From: Felis catus
Taxonomy: Eukaryota
Reading direction: 5' to 3'
Length of the DNA: 64,000 bases
Assembly: GCF_018350175.1 (NCBI RefSeq)
Contig: NC_058368.1
Location: forward strand, 97,900,001-97,964,000
How positions within the stretch are numbered: position 1 is the stretch's first letter; each line of letters opens with the position of its first letter. Shown one piece after another: positions 1 through 11,297 of the stretch. The notes beneath the pieces were generated by a model that worked only from the letters and a program-made list of their open reading frames with translations, had not been told where the DNA came from and did not search any database. A program made the position numbers and the translations under genes.

Positions 1-161
1 ATGTGTTCCACCTCACCATGGCTCAGTTGACGGGCATCGTGGAACCTGAGTGCACCCAGGAGGAGGAGGATGAGAACGAGGAGGAGGGGGAAGAGAAGCA
101 GGAAGAAAAGAACAAGAAGGAGCAGCCCGCGCAGGAGGACCCTCGTGTGAAGCGACCCTGA
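1..161 (+). CDS. FAM170A: FAM170A (ZNFD) 3' part of large coding exon, 5'-partial; ends at in-frame TGA 159-161
   Basis: Frame from base 3 reads VFHLTMAQLTGIVEPECTQEEEDENEEEGEEKQEEKNKKEQPAQEDPRVKRP*SQCPGCVFHSPKDN. This matches my recollection of the human FAM170A C-terminus (HVFHLTMAQLTG, acidic tract, WSQCPGCVFHSPKDRNS). It is not in the ORF track. Confidence 0.85.
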   Translation, partial: VFHLTMAQLTGIVEPECTQEEEDENEEEGEEKQEEKNKKEQPAQEDPRVKRP

Positions 162-205
162 AGCCAGTGCCCAGGCTGTGTGTTTCATTCTCCAAAGGAC
201 AACAA
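162..205 (+). other. FAM170A: Rest of the FAM170A exon after the premature TGA (formerly coding SQCPGCVFHSPKDN), ending at a splice donor
   Basis: The same frame still encodes the conserved tail; donor AA|GTGAGC at 205/206. Confidence 0.75.
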
Positions 206-514
206 GTGAGCTGGGGCTGAGCGTGTGAGGGCTCTGTGCCTTCTCCACAACACTCCTGTCTCTCCCATCCAGGCTCACGCCTCCAGAATGGAGAGTGGGG
301 GGTTTTGACAGCTCAGGGGACACCTTAAGGAGGGGGGGTGGGTGAGCGGGCCCCTTGCTTCTTGTCCAGGCATTTGATACAGTTATGACTGTCAGTGGGG
401 ATTTATCCCGAGCTTTTCAGCTCCCGCAGGAAGTCCTGCAAATTTCTGAGGGCTAACCGAGCACCTTTCCTCTTGAACCAAGAAGCGTCTTTCTCTGTTC
501 TGGTTTCCACACAG

Positions 515-573
515 CAGTTGAGATCCATGAGCCATAAATTCCTGGAAGACGGTGTGGCCTTCTTTTGGGAGAA
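515..573 (+). other. FAM170A: FAM170A penultimate exon carrying the ancestral stop codon (TGA 519-521)
   Basis: Polypyrimidine tract and acceptor ttccacacag|C. Splicing 205 to 515 gives AA|C AGT TGA (N-S-stop), like the recalled human ...RNS* end. Donor GAA|GTAAGT at 573/574. Confidence 0.75.
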
Positions 574-765
574 GTAAGTAAGGCCTGAGGTTGGTGTGGT
601 CTGAGCTGATGTCAGGGGGTCCCAGGGGAATCTAGGGGAAGGAATTACATGGCCACACTGGGTTACCTTGTGGCTCCGCAGTGGCATCAGCTTGTGTCAT
701 ACTCAGTGCGTCCAGGAAATTGATCTCCATTTCCTTAAGTGAGAAAGAATTGAAAAAAAATATCA

Positions 766-977
766 TTTTAGTTTGTAAAATTTATTTTGAAAGAGAGAGG
801 AGGTGGGAAGAGGCAGAGAGAGAAGGAGAGAGAGAGAGAGAGAGAGAAAATCACAAGCAGGCTCCTCACCATCAGCACAGAGCCTGACACGGGGCTTGAA
901 CTCACAAACCGTGAGAGCGTGACTTGAGCCAGAACCAAGAGTCGGATGCTCAACTGATGTAGCTGCCCAGGTGCCCT
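766..977 (-). mobile_element. Can-SINE (SINEC) in the last FAM170A intron
   Basis: Reverse complement of the tRNA-derived head (GGGCACCTGGG), (CT)n body and A-rich tail. Confidence 0.9.
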
Positions 978-1424
978 GAGAAAGTGAGAGTTTTGATTGG
1001 CATTTATTTCATTGACTGCATGACTGACCTGAGCTCTAAGAGCAAATACTGCCAGCAGCCCTTCTGGGATGAGAGCTCATTGCAACTTCAAGGGCTAGGA
1101 GTGGTCTGGAGAGAGGACATGGGGCCTAGCAGGACCAGAGGTTTGAGGTGTGAGAAACTTCGGCCAAAACCAGCAGAGGGCCCATGGATGTAGCCCTCTG
1201 GAAGAAAGCAGAGTGTGGAGGGAGAGAAACAAGGAAGTGAGCCCCCAAGAGATCTGGGAATATTCCAGAACCTTCCGTTTGCTATAGTAGGTCTGGAAAT
1301 AAACTCAGTGTGGTGTGTGTGGCTCTGAGCTTTAAGGCAAAGGTGAAGGGTCACCCTGGCTCACGGAGCTCACGTTCACTTCTTGTCTCTTCCTGTTCTG
1401 CCTTATGTGTTTAATCAATTCCAG

Positions 1425-1560
1425 GGAGAAGAAAGGATCCTGGGGATAGGAGCAGATAAAATGCCAATGATGTGAAGAAAGATGAAGGAACCGGCATTCA
1501 ATCTGGCATCACATGAAAATATAAATACCATATGCAATAAAGGCTGTTTTCCAAACCTTA
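1425..1560 (+). other. FAM170A: Probable FAM170A terminal non-coding (3' UTR) exon
   Basis: Pyrimidine-rich tract from 1375 ending ttccag|G at 1424/1425; AATAAA at 1536-1541. The 3' end is estimated. Confidence 0.6.
1536..1541 (+). terminator. Polyadenylation signal AATAAA of FAM170A
   Basis: Canonical hexamer about 110 nt into the putative last exon, followed by T/GT-rich sequence. Confidence 0.55.
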
Positions 1561-1585
1561 CCTGGATATGTTCTTTAAGTGAAGT

Positions 1586-1636
1586 TATCTATCTATCTAT
1601 CTATCTATCTGTCTGTCTGTCTGTCTGTCTATCTAC
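1586..1636. repeat. (TATC)n(TGTC)n compound microsatellite
   Basis: Seen directly. Confidence 0.9.
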
Positions 1637-2549
1637 CATCTACATCTTTCCCTCTAGTGGCTCATGAACCAGGTCTCCTATAAGCACCAAAGACGCCCAC
1701 AATCCTTTTCCCGCAGCAACAGTACTGAAGCACTCGGGATTGATTAGGCTTTTGTGTGACTGTTTTCACAAGGCTGGATTCCACAAATGACAAACTACAC
1801 TGGCTTCAGAAGAGGTCGTCGGTAAGTAGCGGGTGCTGTAAAAACTGTGTCCCGTGGGTCGTGTTTGAAAGCAGTGTGAAGGCAGTCTTCAGAAGGCTGC
1901 TGGCTGGTGTGCATATCTCCCCAGGTCTGGCCTGGATGAGGGCTTATGAGTTGTGGCTTCACAAGGAAACACCAGGACAGAGGAGAAATTTCTGAGTTTT
2001 GAAGCTGTCCATGGAACAGGTGCCTCTTGCATGGGTGAGACTTTGTCACAGTGCTCAGAAGAGGCCGTCTAACCACAACCACCCGTTGTGTTTGCAGAGA
2101 TAGTTGTAGCAAGAGTTTAAGCCAATAAGCTCTGATATTTTCAGTTCTGACATGAAATTTCCATTTCTAAATAAATTCTTCCTCTAGCCTCTCGAGTTTT
2201 TGACCTTTGCATCCCTGAACTTAATCTTCAACACGGCTACCACCCCCTGGAACTAAAGACGTCTAGGAGGCCCTGAAGACTCATTTCGATGCATGAGGTT
2301 GTCCCTGGACTGCAGGTGAGGGGGTAGTTAGGTGTCTTTCTAATCTGAGTAGGGGGGCAATGCCAGGCTTTAGAGAACTGATGGAATTAGAAGGAAATAA
2401 TTCAAAGTTCAGAGATTCTGTCCATTTAAGCAGGATAAGGTCTAATTCCAAAGTCCTGTGGATTTTTTTCGGAATGTGAAATGTGATTTCTATGGGGCTT
2501 TATTGAATCAACCATGGTTTCTGTGATCTGGTGTTGTCATCTTTATTTG

Positions 2550-2589
2550 AATAATAATGATAATGACAATGATAATAATAATAATAATA
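2550..2589. repeat. (AAT)n-like microsatellite
   Basis: Seen directly. Confidence 0.8.
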
Positions 2590-3293
2590 AACCAGCTTAC
2601 CGGTTTCATGTTTCTCAGCTTGTCCAATGGGGATGTCGTCTGCATATTCACATGTTTTGCCTCAAGATGCCCTGTTTCCCCTTTGACTGCCATTCCAGGA
2701 ATTCAGAATTGGAGGCTCATCCTACCCTTCCGTACTCACACCACCGTCTGGGGGATTCCACTCCCTCTCTGACAGCGTCTTTGTGCTCTGTAACCTTCCC
2801 CTTTGTCTTGTTCCTTTGTCCCTTGAGCCCATCAGGAACATTCCCTTTCCACACCCCACACCTCCAGTCTTCCTGGGTCTTCATCATTTTCTTCTCCTTT
2901 TCTTGGAATGTTTTTTTGACTTCTCTCTTCCACTGACTGTTTCAAACACTGAGAGCTTATTTCACATAACTCGGTGGGATGCTGTTGACACAATGAGAGT
3001 TCTGGCTGCCATTCCTGTTCAGAGAGAGGCTTCCCTGAAAGCACAGAGCAGAGCAACACAAGGGCCTGTGGGTCCAAGTTAGGTGTTGCAGGAAGAGGTT
3101 ATTGCGAAGTGTGGAGACACTTGCTGGATTTTTAAATTTGTTAATCTTGTATCCACCTGCCTTATTAAACCTGTCTTATTCTTACTAGTTTATCTGTGTG
3201 TTCTCCTGGGCTTCCTGGATAAATGTTGATGTTAAATGTAAATCGAATGCTTTGTGGATAACTTGAGTTCATTATAATTCATTTGATAGATAC

Positions 3294-3346
3294 TTTTTTA
3301 ATGTTTACTTATTTGCTTTGAGAGAAATAGCACAAGTCAGGGAGGA

Positions 3347-3399
<53 letters not shown>

Positions 3400-3524
3400 C
3401 CCAAGCAGGCTTCATACTGTCAGCTCAGAGCCTGATGTGGGGCTTGATCTCATGAACCATGAGATCATGACCTGAGCTGAAATCAAGAGTCGGTCACTTA
3501 ACTGACTGAGCCACCCATGTGCCC
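3294..3524 (-). mobile_element. Can-SINE with long (GA)n
   Basis: SINEC head, body and tail in reverse complement. Confidence 0.9.
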
Positions 3525-4188
3525 ACCATTACAGTGAATTTGTAACTTGATAATCCTGTTTCTCATTCTTTTCTTATCACCTTCTAATAATTGTATCTGC
3601 TTTATGCCACAGTCTTCACACATCAATAATCCTCCTTAATTCTGTTGAAGCAGATGAATCCATTAAGAATCTTGTCTTTTTCTCTTTATTCTTTGCATTT
3701 CCTTTCTAACTTTTAAGATCCTTTTCTTGCCTCTTTACTATCCTGACTCTTTTTTCCCCCTATTTCAGTAAACTTTCAGTCTCCTTCCCTAATTTCCTCC
3801 CAAACATTTGGAGTTTATTCCTCACAAATTAGAGGATGTTTGATTGTTGAAAAGTGATAACTTCACTGGTCTTGCAATGGTGGAAGCTTCCCTGTCTGGC
3901 AGCCCACAAAGGCTGGCCCCTGGAGACCTGCAGTTGCATTCCAAACCCTTCTAAAAACAAAATGCATAGCAAGAATACCTCCCAGCAAATTAGAGTCCCT
4001 AGACAACTGCTCAAATCTCAGCTTTGAATTACCATCCAGTTAAGATGATTTGGGTGGGAGTCATGGGGTAAATGTGTCCCCAGATCTATGTAAATAGAAA
4101 ACCAAAGAAACTGTGAAACAAAAATTGGAAGGAAATCACACGTGAAACAAATTAGGGAGTGGTTTTAATCTGTGCCAAGATGTGCGTG

Positions 4189-4189
<1 letters not shown>

Positions 4190-4236
<47 letters not shown>
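4190..4236. repeat. (TG)n microsatellite
   Basis: Seen directly. Confidence 0.95.
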
Positions 4237-4237
<1 letters not shown>

Positions 4238-5085
4238 TTTGGTATGTTGGAGGTGGAGATGGAGGTAAAGGGTAAAGGGTACTATGAGCTCTAATTACTT
4301 ACCCAGACAAGTTCAGTGGAGAGGCCCATTTGCCCTGTAACAGGTGCATCAAACCTGAAAGGTCCTTCCTGTTTCTGTGTTGCACCTGTAAGTGCAGAGG
4401 CCCAAGGTTCCCTGTGTAAGTTTCTCAGACAATACTCCAATCTGAGATTTTCTAGCCTCATCCAAGAATCTGACCTGAGTTCCCTTCTGCTCTGGGCCCC
4501 TGGAATCCTCTCTTCTTCTGATTCCTGGGGAATATTTTTTCTAGTCTCTTAGCCAAGTTCTTTCCTCTCGGAGACATTCCATTTGTTTTCCCTCAAGACT
4601 TGAACAGTACACATTTTGACAGCTTAGTGAACCTAGAGTCAGGTTAAGCTGAGAATGTGGTGAGAGGCAGGATTGTCAATAGAAAAACTAGTTCCCCTTT
4701 TCTGAGGGGACTTGAGAGTTTGATCTTTAAACCACTCTGGTAAGGAGGGGAAACAGAATAATAAAATTAGCAAGTAATGAGAAAGTACCACAAACCAGGT
4801 ATTCTTGTATTTGTGTGGGTTAATTAGTCTAGAGAATGACTCTGTGAGGCCCATGCCATTATCATATTGTGGGATGAGCCTTACCTGGTCTAAGGGATTG
4901 TGGGCACAGCTCCTGGAACCATCTGGGAACTTTGTTCTTTTTCTAGATTGCACTAGCCTGGGGCATATGAGGGGCTAGATGAAGAATTTATTCATGCCTA
5001 AGGTTACTGTATACTGTAGTCCTATCAGGTGCTAAGAAATTCCAAGATTAATGAGGTCCACCTGGCCCAGATAGCCAGAGTGGTT

Positions 5086-5147
5086 TGTGTGTGTGTCTGT
5101 GTCTGTGTGTGTGTGTGTCTTTGTGTGTGTGTGTGTGTGTGTGTGTG
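5086..5147. repeat. Interrupted (TG)n microsatellite
   Basis: Seen directly. Confidence 0.9.
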
Positions 5148-5789
5148 CACGCATGTGCAGAAAACTTCTGGCCTAAGAGAGTTCTGAGCCGGTTCTGTTT
5201 GATCTCATCAAGTGCAGGCAGAGGTCACCTCTCCACATCACCACTGCCACCACCTTCCTAGGTTCTGGGCCATGCCATAACTGCTACCACGTTCCTGGAT
5301 GTCTGGACCATGCCATAACTCAAGGGTTTATGAATGGCCTGGCAGAGTGAATGCAGAGTAAGTTGGATGGGTTCCACCCGAATACCTCTCTTGCTGGGGA
5401 GTCAGGCTGATGTCTGGAGACAAGTAGAGTGTTCTCAGACTGTGTGTGTGTGTTGCCTTCTGGTTGGTTCTCTCGGTCAGGCACTCCAAGACTTCATCCA
5501 CTCTCAGCCCAAGAGATCCTTTTCATCGCAAGGGTAGGACGTTTGCCTCATTTGCCATCATATCCTTTCCCGAAAGTACAGTTATTACGAGATGTTCCCA
5601 CTTCCCAGACTCCTTTCCTCTCACTTGATTTCTGTTCTGTTACCTCTTCCCTCCAGGACGGTGTGTTGACCCAATGGGCATAGATCCAAAGACTGCAGGA
5701 AATGCCAACAATTCCAAAATAACAATACAGGCACATCAGGAAAACTTCAAACCATTTATCCTGATACATTTGTTAAAATTTCACAAACA

Positions 5790-6005
5790 GAGGTGCCTGG
5801 GTGGTTCATTCATTTGAGTGTTTGACTCTTGAGTTTGGCTCAGGTCTTGACCCCAGGGTTGTGGAATCAAGCCCTGCCTCGGGCTCTGTGCTAACTGTGG
5901 TGCCTGCTTGGAATTCTCTCTCTCCCTCTCTCTATCTCTGCCCCTCTCCCCAACTTGTGTGTGCTCTCTCTTTTTGAAAATAAAATAAAATGAAAAAAAA
6001 AACCT
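5790..6005 (+). mobile_element. Can-SINE
   Basis: SINEC structure; target site duplication (TSD) resembling aaat(t)tcacaaaca. Confidence 0.9.
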
Positions 6006-6286
6006 AAATTCACAAACAATATATTAAGAGTATAAAAACTCAGAGGATAAATTGAGTAAAATGTAATTTTTCTTTATTCTTTTCCCACTATATTCATTCC
6101 AATCCTCAAAGTTAACATGATTAACCATTTGATATGCAAATTTTCAGACATTTTTCTACACATACACACTTTTTCACGTAGAGTATGAACTAAGTCCCCT
6201 CTAACTTGCTATGATTCTGTGATTTGCTCTCTCCCGTTGAGTCATCTGCTGATAAAGAAGTCCTTTCCATGGACAAATTTTCCAGT

Positions 6287-6550
6287 AGCTAATAGTTAAC
6301 ATCTGCTGAGTGCTTACTCTGTGTCAGGTACACTTCTCACTGCTTATATATAATTCTTACACACAGTTTCATTACATTCCCATCGAACAGGTACAGTTAT
6401 AAACCCTCTGTAACAGATAAGGGCAGATGAGGCATGAATAACTTCTTCATCTACTTCTTTTTCTTTCATTTGCTCCAGAACTTACACAGGGGCCAGACAA
6501 CTTGGCTGAGACTTTGGAGCAAGTCAAAATCCATTCCTTTAATCATTTTG
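6287..6550 (-). mobile_element. MIR (ancient SINE)
   Basis: gagtgcttactctgtgtcagg ... taacagataagggcagatgaggc resembles the MIR core. Confidence 0.6.
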
Positions 6551-6663
6551 CTTTATTGTCTCTATTTGGAAGAGTGGATGGTTTTGCCACTAAAACCTTT
6601 AAATATGTTACCTTGTTACATCTCTAGCATGCATGGGTTTGTTACATGGGGTAAGTAAACTGA

Positions 6664-6876
6664 CTTTTTAAAAAATGTTTATTTGTTTTTGAGAGAGAGA
6701 CAGCCAGAGCATGAGTGGGGGAGGGGAAGAGAGAAAGGGAGACATAGAATCTGAAGCAGGCTCCAGGCTTCACGCTGTCAGCACAGAGACTGATGAGGGG
6801 CTCGAACCCACGAACCATGAGATCATGACCTGAGCCAAAGTTGGATGCTTAACCCACTGAACCACCCATGTGCTCC
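6664..6876 (-). mobile_element. Can-SINE
   Basis: SINEC structure; TSD taaac(t/c)gact. Confidence 0.9.
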
Positions 6877-7676
6877 TAAACCGACTCTTTATAAAAACCC
6901 TTATTCAGCTGAATGAAGGTAAGCCAGGGACTAGAATGTATATATTTAAGACTGACTACCAAATTTTAAAAATGGTTTCTTGAATATAATTTATGTAATG
7001 TCAAGTCTAGTATGCTGTCTAAATAGTAACAGACAAGTGAAGTTGGGTAAAACGGTACTTCAAGTTGACAAGTACCAGGAGTGTGGTAACACTGGGGCCA
7101 GTGCAGAGACCCACAGAAAAACTTGCTGTTTCCCTCCAGGCCTTTGGAAGGGCTCCATCAACTGCCAGTGTCCCCGTAGCAGCTACTCAGCTCACTTCTT
7201 AGTATACAAGCATCTTCAATTTGATAGACTTAAGGAAGGCTTAAATGTGGTTAGCAGCCCTGCATTCTTGATGCAATCACATCTTCAGAGTGTGGGAGAA
7301 TATCAAGCTATGAAAATGTCCTTGGAAGGACTCACTTATTTAATTTGGCTTTTTCAATCTTCCTAATACTTTTTCACCAAACACCAGGCAGTTCCCTTAA
7401 TTTTTTAGATTCATGTTGTTTTTCCTTTGTCTAATGAACGTTCAAATATTTCCTGAGGAGCTATTAAGGTTAAGGGGAAAAAAATAAACATCTCCAAAAC
7501 AAAAAAGATAATGACAAGTAGAAAAAGCCCTGAAACTAAGGATATACTTCATTATAGCTTATTAATTGGAGTGGGAAGTTTACGCTCACTGCTTAGGGTG
7601 GATAAATAAAAGTCAAGGATTCTCTGAGGCTTCTCTGGGATCCTTATGAGTCTCCACCATTTCCGATGAGTACGAT

Positions 7677-7866
7677 ATGACAGATAAAGTATAGGATGTG
7701 TAATTAAATTTGAATGTCAGAAAAACAATGAAAACATTTTTAGTATTAATATGCCCTACATAGCACATAGGATATACTTATACAAAACATAAGTATTTAT
7801 GATTTATGTAAAGTTCCAGTTTAACTGGGTGTCCTGTATTTTTTATCGATTAAGTCTGATGACAGT
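7677..7866. mobile_element. MER53-like palindromic hAT MITE
   Basis: cagataaa..aggatg..aattaaatttgaatgtcagaaaaacaa ... gatatacttataca ... tttaactgggtgtcctgtattttt resembles the MER53 palindrome. Confidence 0.7.
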
Positions 7867-8969
7867 ACTGACGAGCTATGGTGGAGGCAGCTAAGGGGTG
7901 TGGCACAAAATGGCTCTTGGGTAGTTACAAGTTGCTTGAGGTCGTCTAGGTATGGTGTAAAATCCTTCATGAACATAGCTGAAAAGCCACAGCCAGTATT
8001 TGACTGGAATTACTTCCTTGGGCTTCTCTTAGGTGGGATGAACCTTTCTCTTAATGACTTTTGGTAAATCTGGAAGCCCATATCTAAGGGGGAGCCCCAA
8101 AGCGAAATTGCATCCTTACAAACACATTTCCAATTCAAAATGGAATCTTTCTAGAACTGGTTGCATATGAATAATAAGAGATGAGAAGTTTGTGAAACTT
8201 GGGATTAATATACCTTTTACCCTTTATGAGTACAGTTTTGCTGTCCTGAGAGATTTAACATGAGTCATGTGAAAAACCCCATGTTCCTAGACAGACAGAA
8301 ATAGTCCTGTTATACTTCTGGATGCATGGCCAGGCTCTCGTGTTTCAGACAGTGACTATCTGGTCTTAGAAAGACAGACCCAGGCCTGCATCTTTCTGAG
8401 GACCAGGCAAAGACCAGAGTTTCAGGTTTAAGTCTTATGGCTTACAGAGACAACAGTGAACTTCATGTTATTTCCACAAGGCAAGTCATGGAGCCAGACT
8501 TGAGCTAAATCCACTGTGCAGGTTCCATCCAAACTGTATGTCAGCGTAGAGCTTGTTTAAAACTATAGAGGTCCAGAAAATTCTCTGATATGCTCTTTGG
8601 GCCCTCACTGTCAGAGAGGAAGTAGGGCTGATACTATTGTGGTGCCATGAATTTTCTGGGCTTACGTTGGCATTTCCCAGGCCCCAAAGACTTGGTGTTG
8701 CTTCTTGAAGTGTGCAGAGATTTTTCTCTCTTTTGTGGCCTCTAATAGCATTGTGAAAGGAAGGTTTTGCACCTGGCTCAGAAGAAGGCTGGGCAGGTTT
8801 AGGCTGGGCAGGTTAGGGGTGTCTGGGGTGGGAAGGATATTGCTGGAATTTCACAAATGCTGCAGGACCAGGGAAGGCCACCAGAAGAACTGGGCTGTGA
8901 TTTAGGTTGCAGGTAAGGGAGTGAGGAATGGAACAGGGACTGACCTTATACAAGTGGCCAGCTTGTCAT

Positions 8970-9645
8970 GCATTCATTTGTAAAAATTCATTCATTCATT
9001 CATTCATTCACTCATTCATCAATTGGATTGCTATCAGGTATCAGGTATTGTGTCAGGTTTTGAGATACAGTAGTGAAGGAAACAAGTTCTCAGTCTTTCA
9101 GGAGCTTATAGTTCAGAGGGACTGATAAATAAATAGGCATAGGAATGAATTAATTAATTGGCATAGGAAATAAGTTGCCCAATAGAGGAAGTAGAGTCTC
9201 TGTGGGTTCAAACAGGAGTGTCAATGAACTGAGCCCAGTGGTAGGTGTAGGGAACGGGGGACCAGAGAGGGTTCTCAAAGGAAGTGATAGTGGAGATCTG
9301 CAGGATGAGCAGATATTTTCCAGGACCCTCCCAGATGGAGGGAATGAGGGAAAGATGGAGGGAAGGAGTAAAATTTCAGGAAGAGAGACCAGTCTGTTAT
9401 GAATCCTTAGGATGAGAAAAAAAAAATGTATGTTCTTTAGTACGTTGGGGGCATGAAATCTGAGGGAGAAAAGTGACAGGGATGTGCCTGGAAAGGGAGG
9501 CAGGGTTTCATAGGCCATGTTCACAAGTTTAAACTTTGTTCTTTGGGCAAAGGGGATTCACTAGAGGTACTAGGCAGAGAAGTAACTATGTCATATGTGT
9601 GTTTCAGAAAAGTCAGTTAGATGACTGTGTGTAGGGCGGATTTAT
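8970..9645 (-). mobile_element. L2 (LINE2) 3' fragment
   Basis: (CATT)n terminus followed by typical antisense L2 3' sequence (tgtcaggt...gagatacagtagtgaa...ggagcttatagt). Confidence 0.7.
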
Positions 9646-10070
9646 CTGGGCATCGACAAGGACAGAAAGCTCAAATTCTTCTGTGTGTGGGCCAGGGTCA
9701 TACACGGGACTACCCAGGGCACTGGAGTTAAGTGAGGCAGTGAGTGGGGTGGGTGGAGGACGTCATACCTTCATTCTGTTAAGAGCAACATGGAATCAGT
9801 GACACCTCCTAAGATTATACAAGGCAGAGCTTTCTTTGTATTTTAAAAAGTTACCTCACGACCTGAAAGGGTCATCACTGTAGAAAGGGAGTCTGGCACC
9901 TGCAATAGCTGAAAGGAAATAGCAGCTGATGGGGAAAAGCAGAATATGAGGGGTTCTGGAGCGGAATGCTGGAAGCAAGTAGCAGCTAAGGGCCTTTCCA
10001 ACCCCTGGGCCTCTCTACCTTCTCCTCTTCCTGTCCCCCAACCTCGTGAGGATGAAAAGGGTCTCCTAGA

Positions 10071-10282
10071 GGGTCACCTGGTGGCTCATTTAAGGGTCCG
10101 ACTCTTGATCTTGGCTCAGATCATGATCTCACGGTTCATGAGGTCCAGCCCTGCACTGGGATCTGTGCTAGTAGCATGGAGCCTGCTTGGGATTCTCTCT
10201 CTCTCCTTCTCTCTCTCTGCCCCTCCCCTGCTCATGCTCTTCCCGGCCCCCCTCAAAATAAATAAACTTAAAAAAAAGAAAG
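10071..10282 (+). mobile_element. Can-SINE
   Basis: SINEC structure; TSD gaaaagggt..ctaga. Confidence 0.9.
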
Positions 10283-10804
10283 AAAAGGGTATTCTAGAGA
10301 CCTTTGGCCAAATTCCCTTGTATGGAGGCTTCCCATACAATTCCTAGCTTCTTTCTTTATCTTGAGAAAAAGATGAAGTTAACAGCCATGATAAAGTGAG
10401 GAGTGCCACCTGAAATGTATGTATGCCACAGGTTGTCAGAGATGGAACATGCGCTAACTTGGAAATTTCTTCAGCGACCTCTCTCTGGGCCACACCTGTG
10501 CCAGCCCCGTATGCAGTGCTGTTCCCCTGGAACAGACAGGGCCCTGCTTTTTGGGCTTGCCTCAAATGAGGTGATGGACCTTGCCACAGGGAACCTTTTT
10601 TACTTCAGAAGAGGTTGTAAGAAAAGTCAGAACATCTCTCCTTAAAAGTGGTTGCCGAATTCCTTATTTATCCAGGACCCTCTGTCCTACCAAAGTGTGC
10701 GCGCGTGTGTGTGATCTAGATCTGCTGAGACATTTAAGAAATAGTCTTAAAATCACAACGATGGATTCAGTATCTGTGAATTAAGTTCAGCTCATTTTTA
10801 TGTT

Positions 10805-10997
10805 TGTTTTTTATTTTTTTATTTAAAAAAATTTATTTTTTCAATATATGAAGTTTATTGTCAAATTGGTTTCCATACAACACCCAGTGCTCATCCCAAA
10901 AGGTGCCCTCCTCAGTACCCATCACCCACCCTCCCCTCCCTCCCACCCCCCATCAACCCTCAGTTTGTTCTCAGTTTTTAAGAGTCTCTTATGCTTT
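10805..10997 (-). mobile_element. Young felid L1, 3'-terminal fragment
   Basis: Near-identical (reverse complement) to the L1 3' UTR at 45330-45500; T-rich tail. Confidence 0.85.
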
Positions 10998-11297
10998 GTG
11001 TTTGTTTGTTTGTTTGTTTGTGTCTAGTCTGGTCTGTCTCTTCGTGTTGTAAAATATTCACCCTACTGATTATTTTGAAAGAAGAAAACTGATGCCTGCC
11101 TCAGGGAAGAGAGCCACTCCTAAAAGTCTCCTTAGCTTCCCTTTTGAGGAAGGGAAGATACTTCTGTGGAAATAGTTTTAGGATGTGAAGGAAGCCTCTA
11201 GTCACATTGATGAAAAACCTGTGATTTTTCAGAGCACAGACCCAATGACACCCAATGTGTGTGTCTATGTTAACATTCAGGTTGGCAATTATGTGTT

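Noticed and set aside
159..170. Selenocysteine or programmed readthrough at the FAM170A TGA
   Set aside because: The context is TGA-AGC, not the UGA-CUAG readthrough motif. I saw no SECIS-like hairpin in the short 3' UTR, and the recalled orthologous residue is Trp, not Cys.
13..195. 60-aa Pro-rich minus-strand ORF
   Set aside because: Antisense shadow of the Glu-rich FAM170A exon.
395..577. 60-aa plus-strand ORF over the small FAM170A exon
   Set aside because: It starts in the intron at a GTG and is out of phase with the spliced FAM170A frame.
5264..5320. Repeat-spacer-repeat (tctgg(g/a)ccatgccataact x2) resembling CRISPR
   Set aside because: Only two copies, in a mammalian genome with no cas genes; a simple local duplication.
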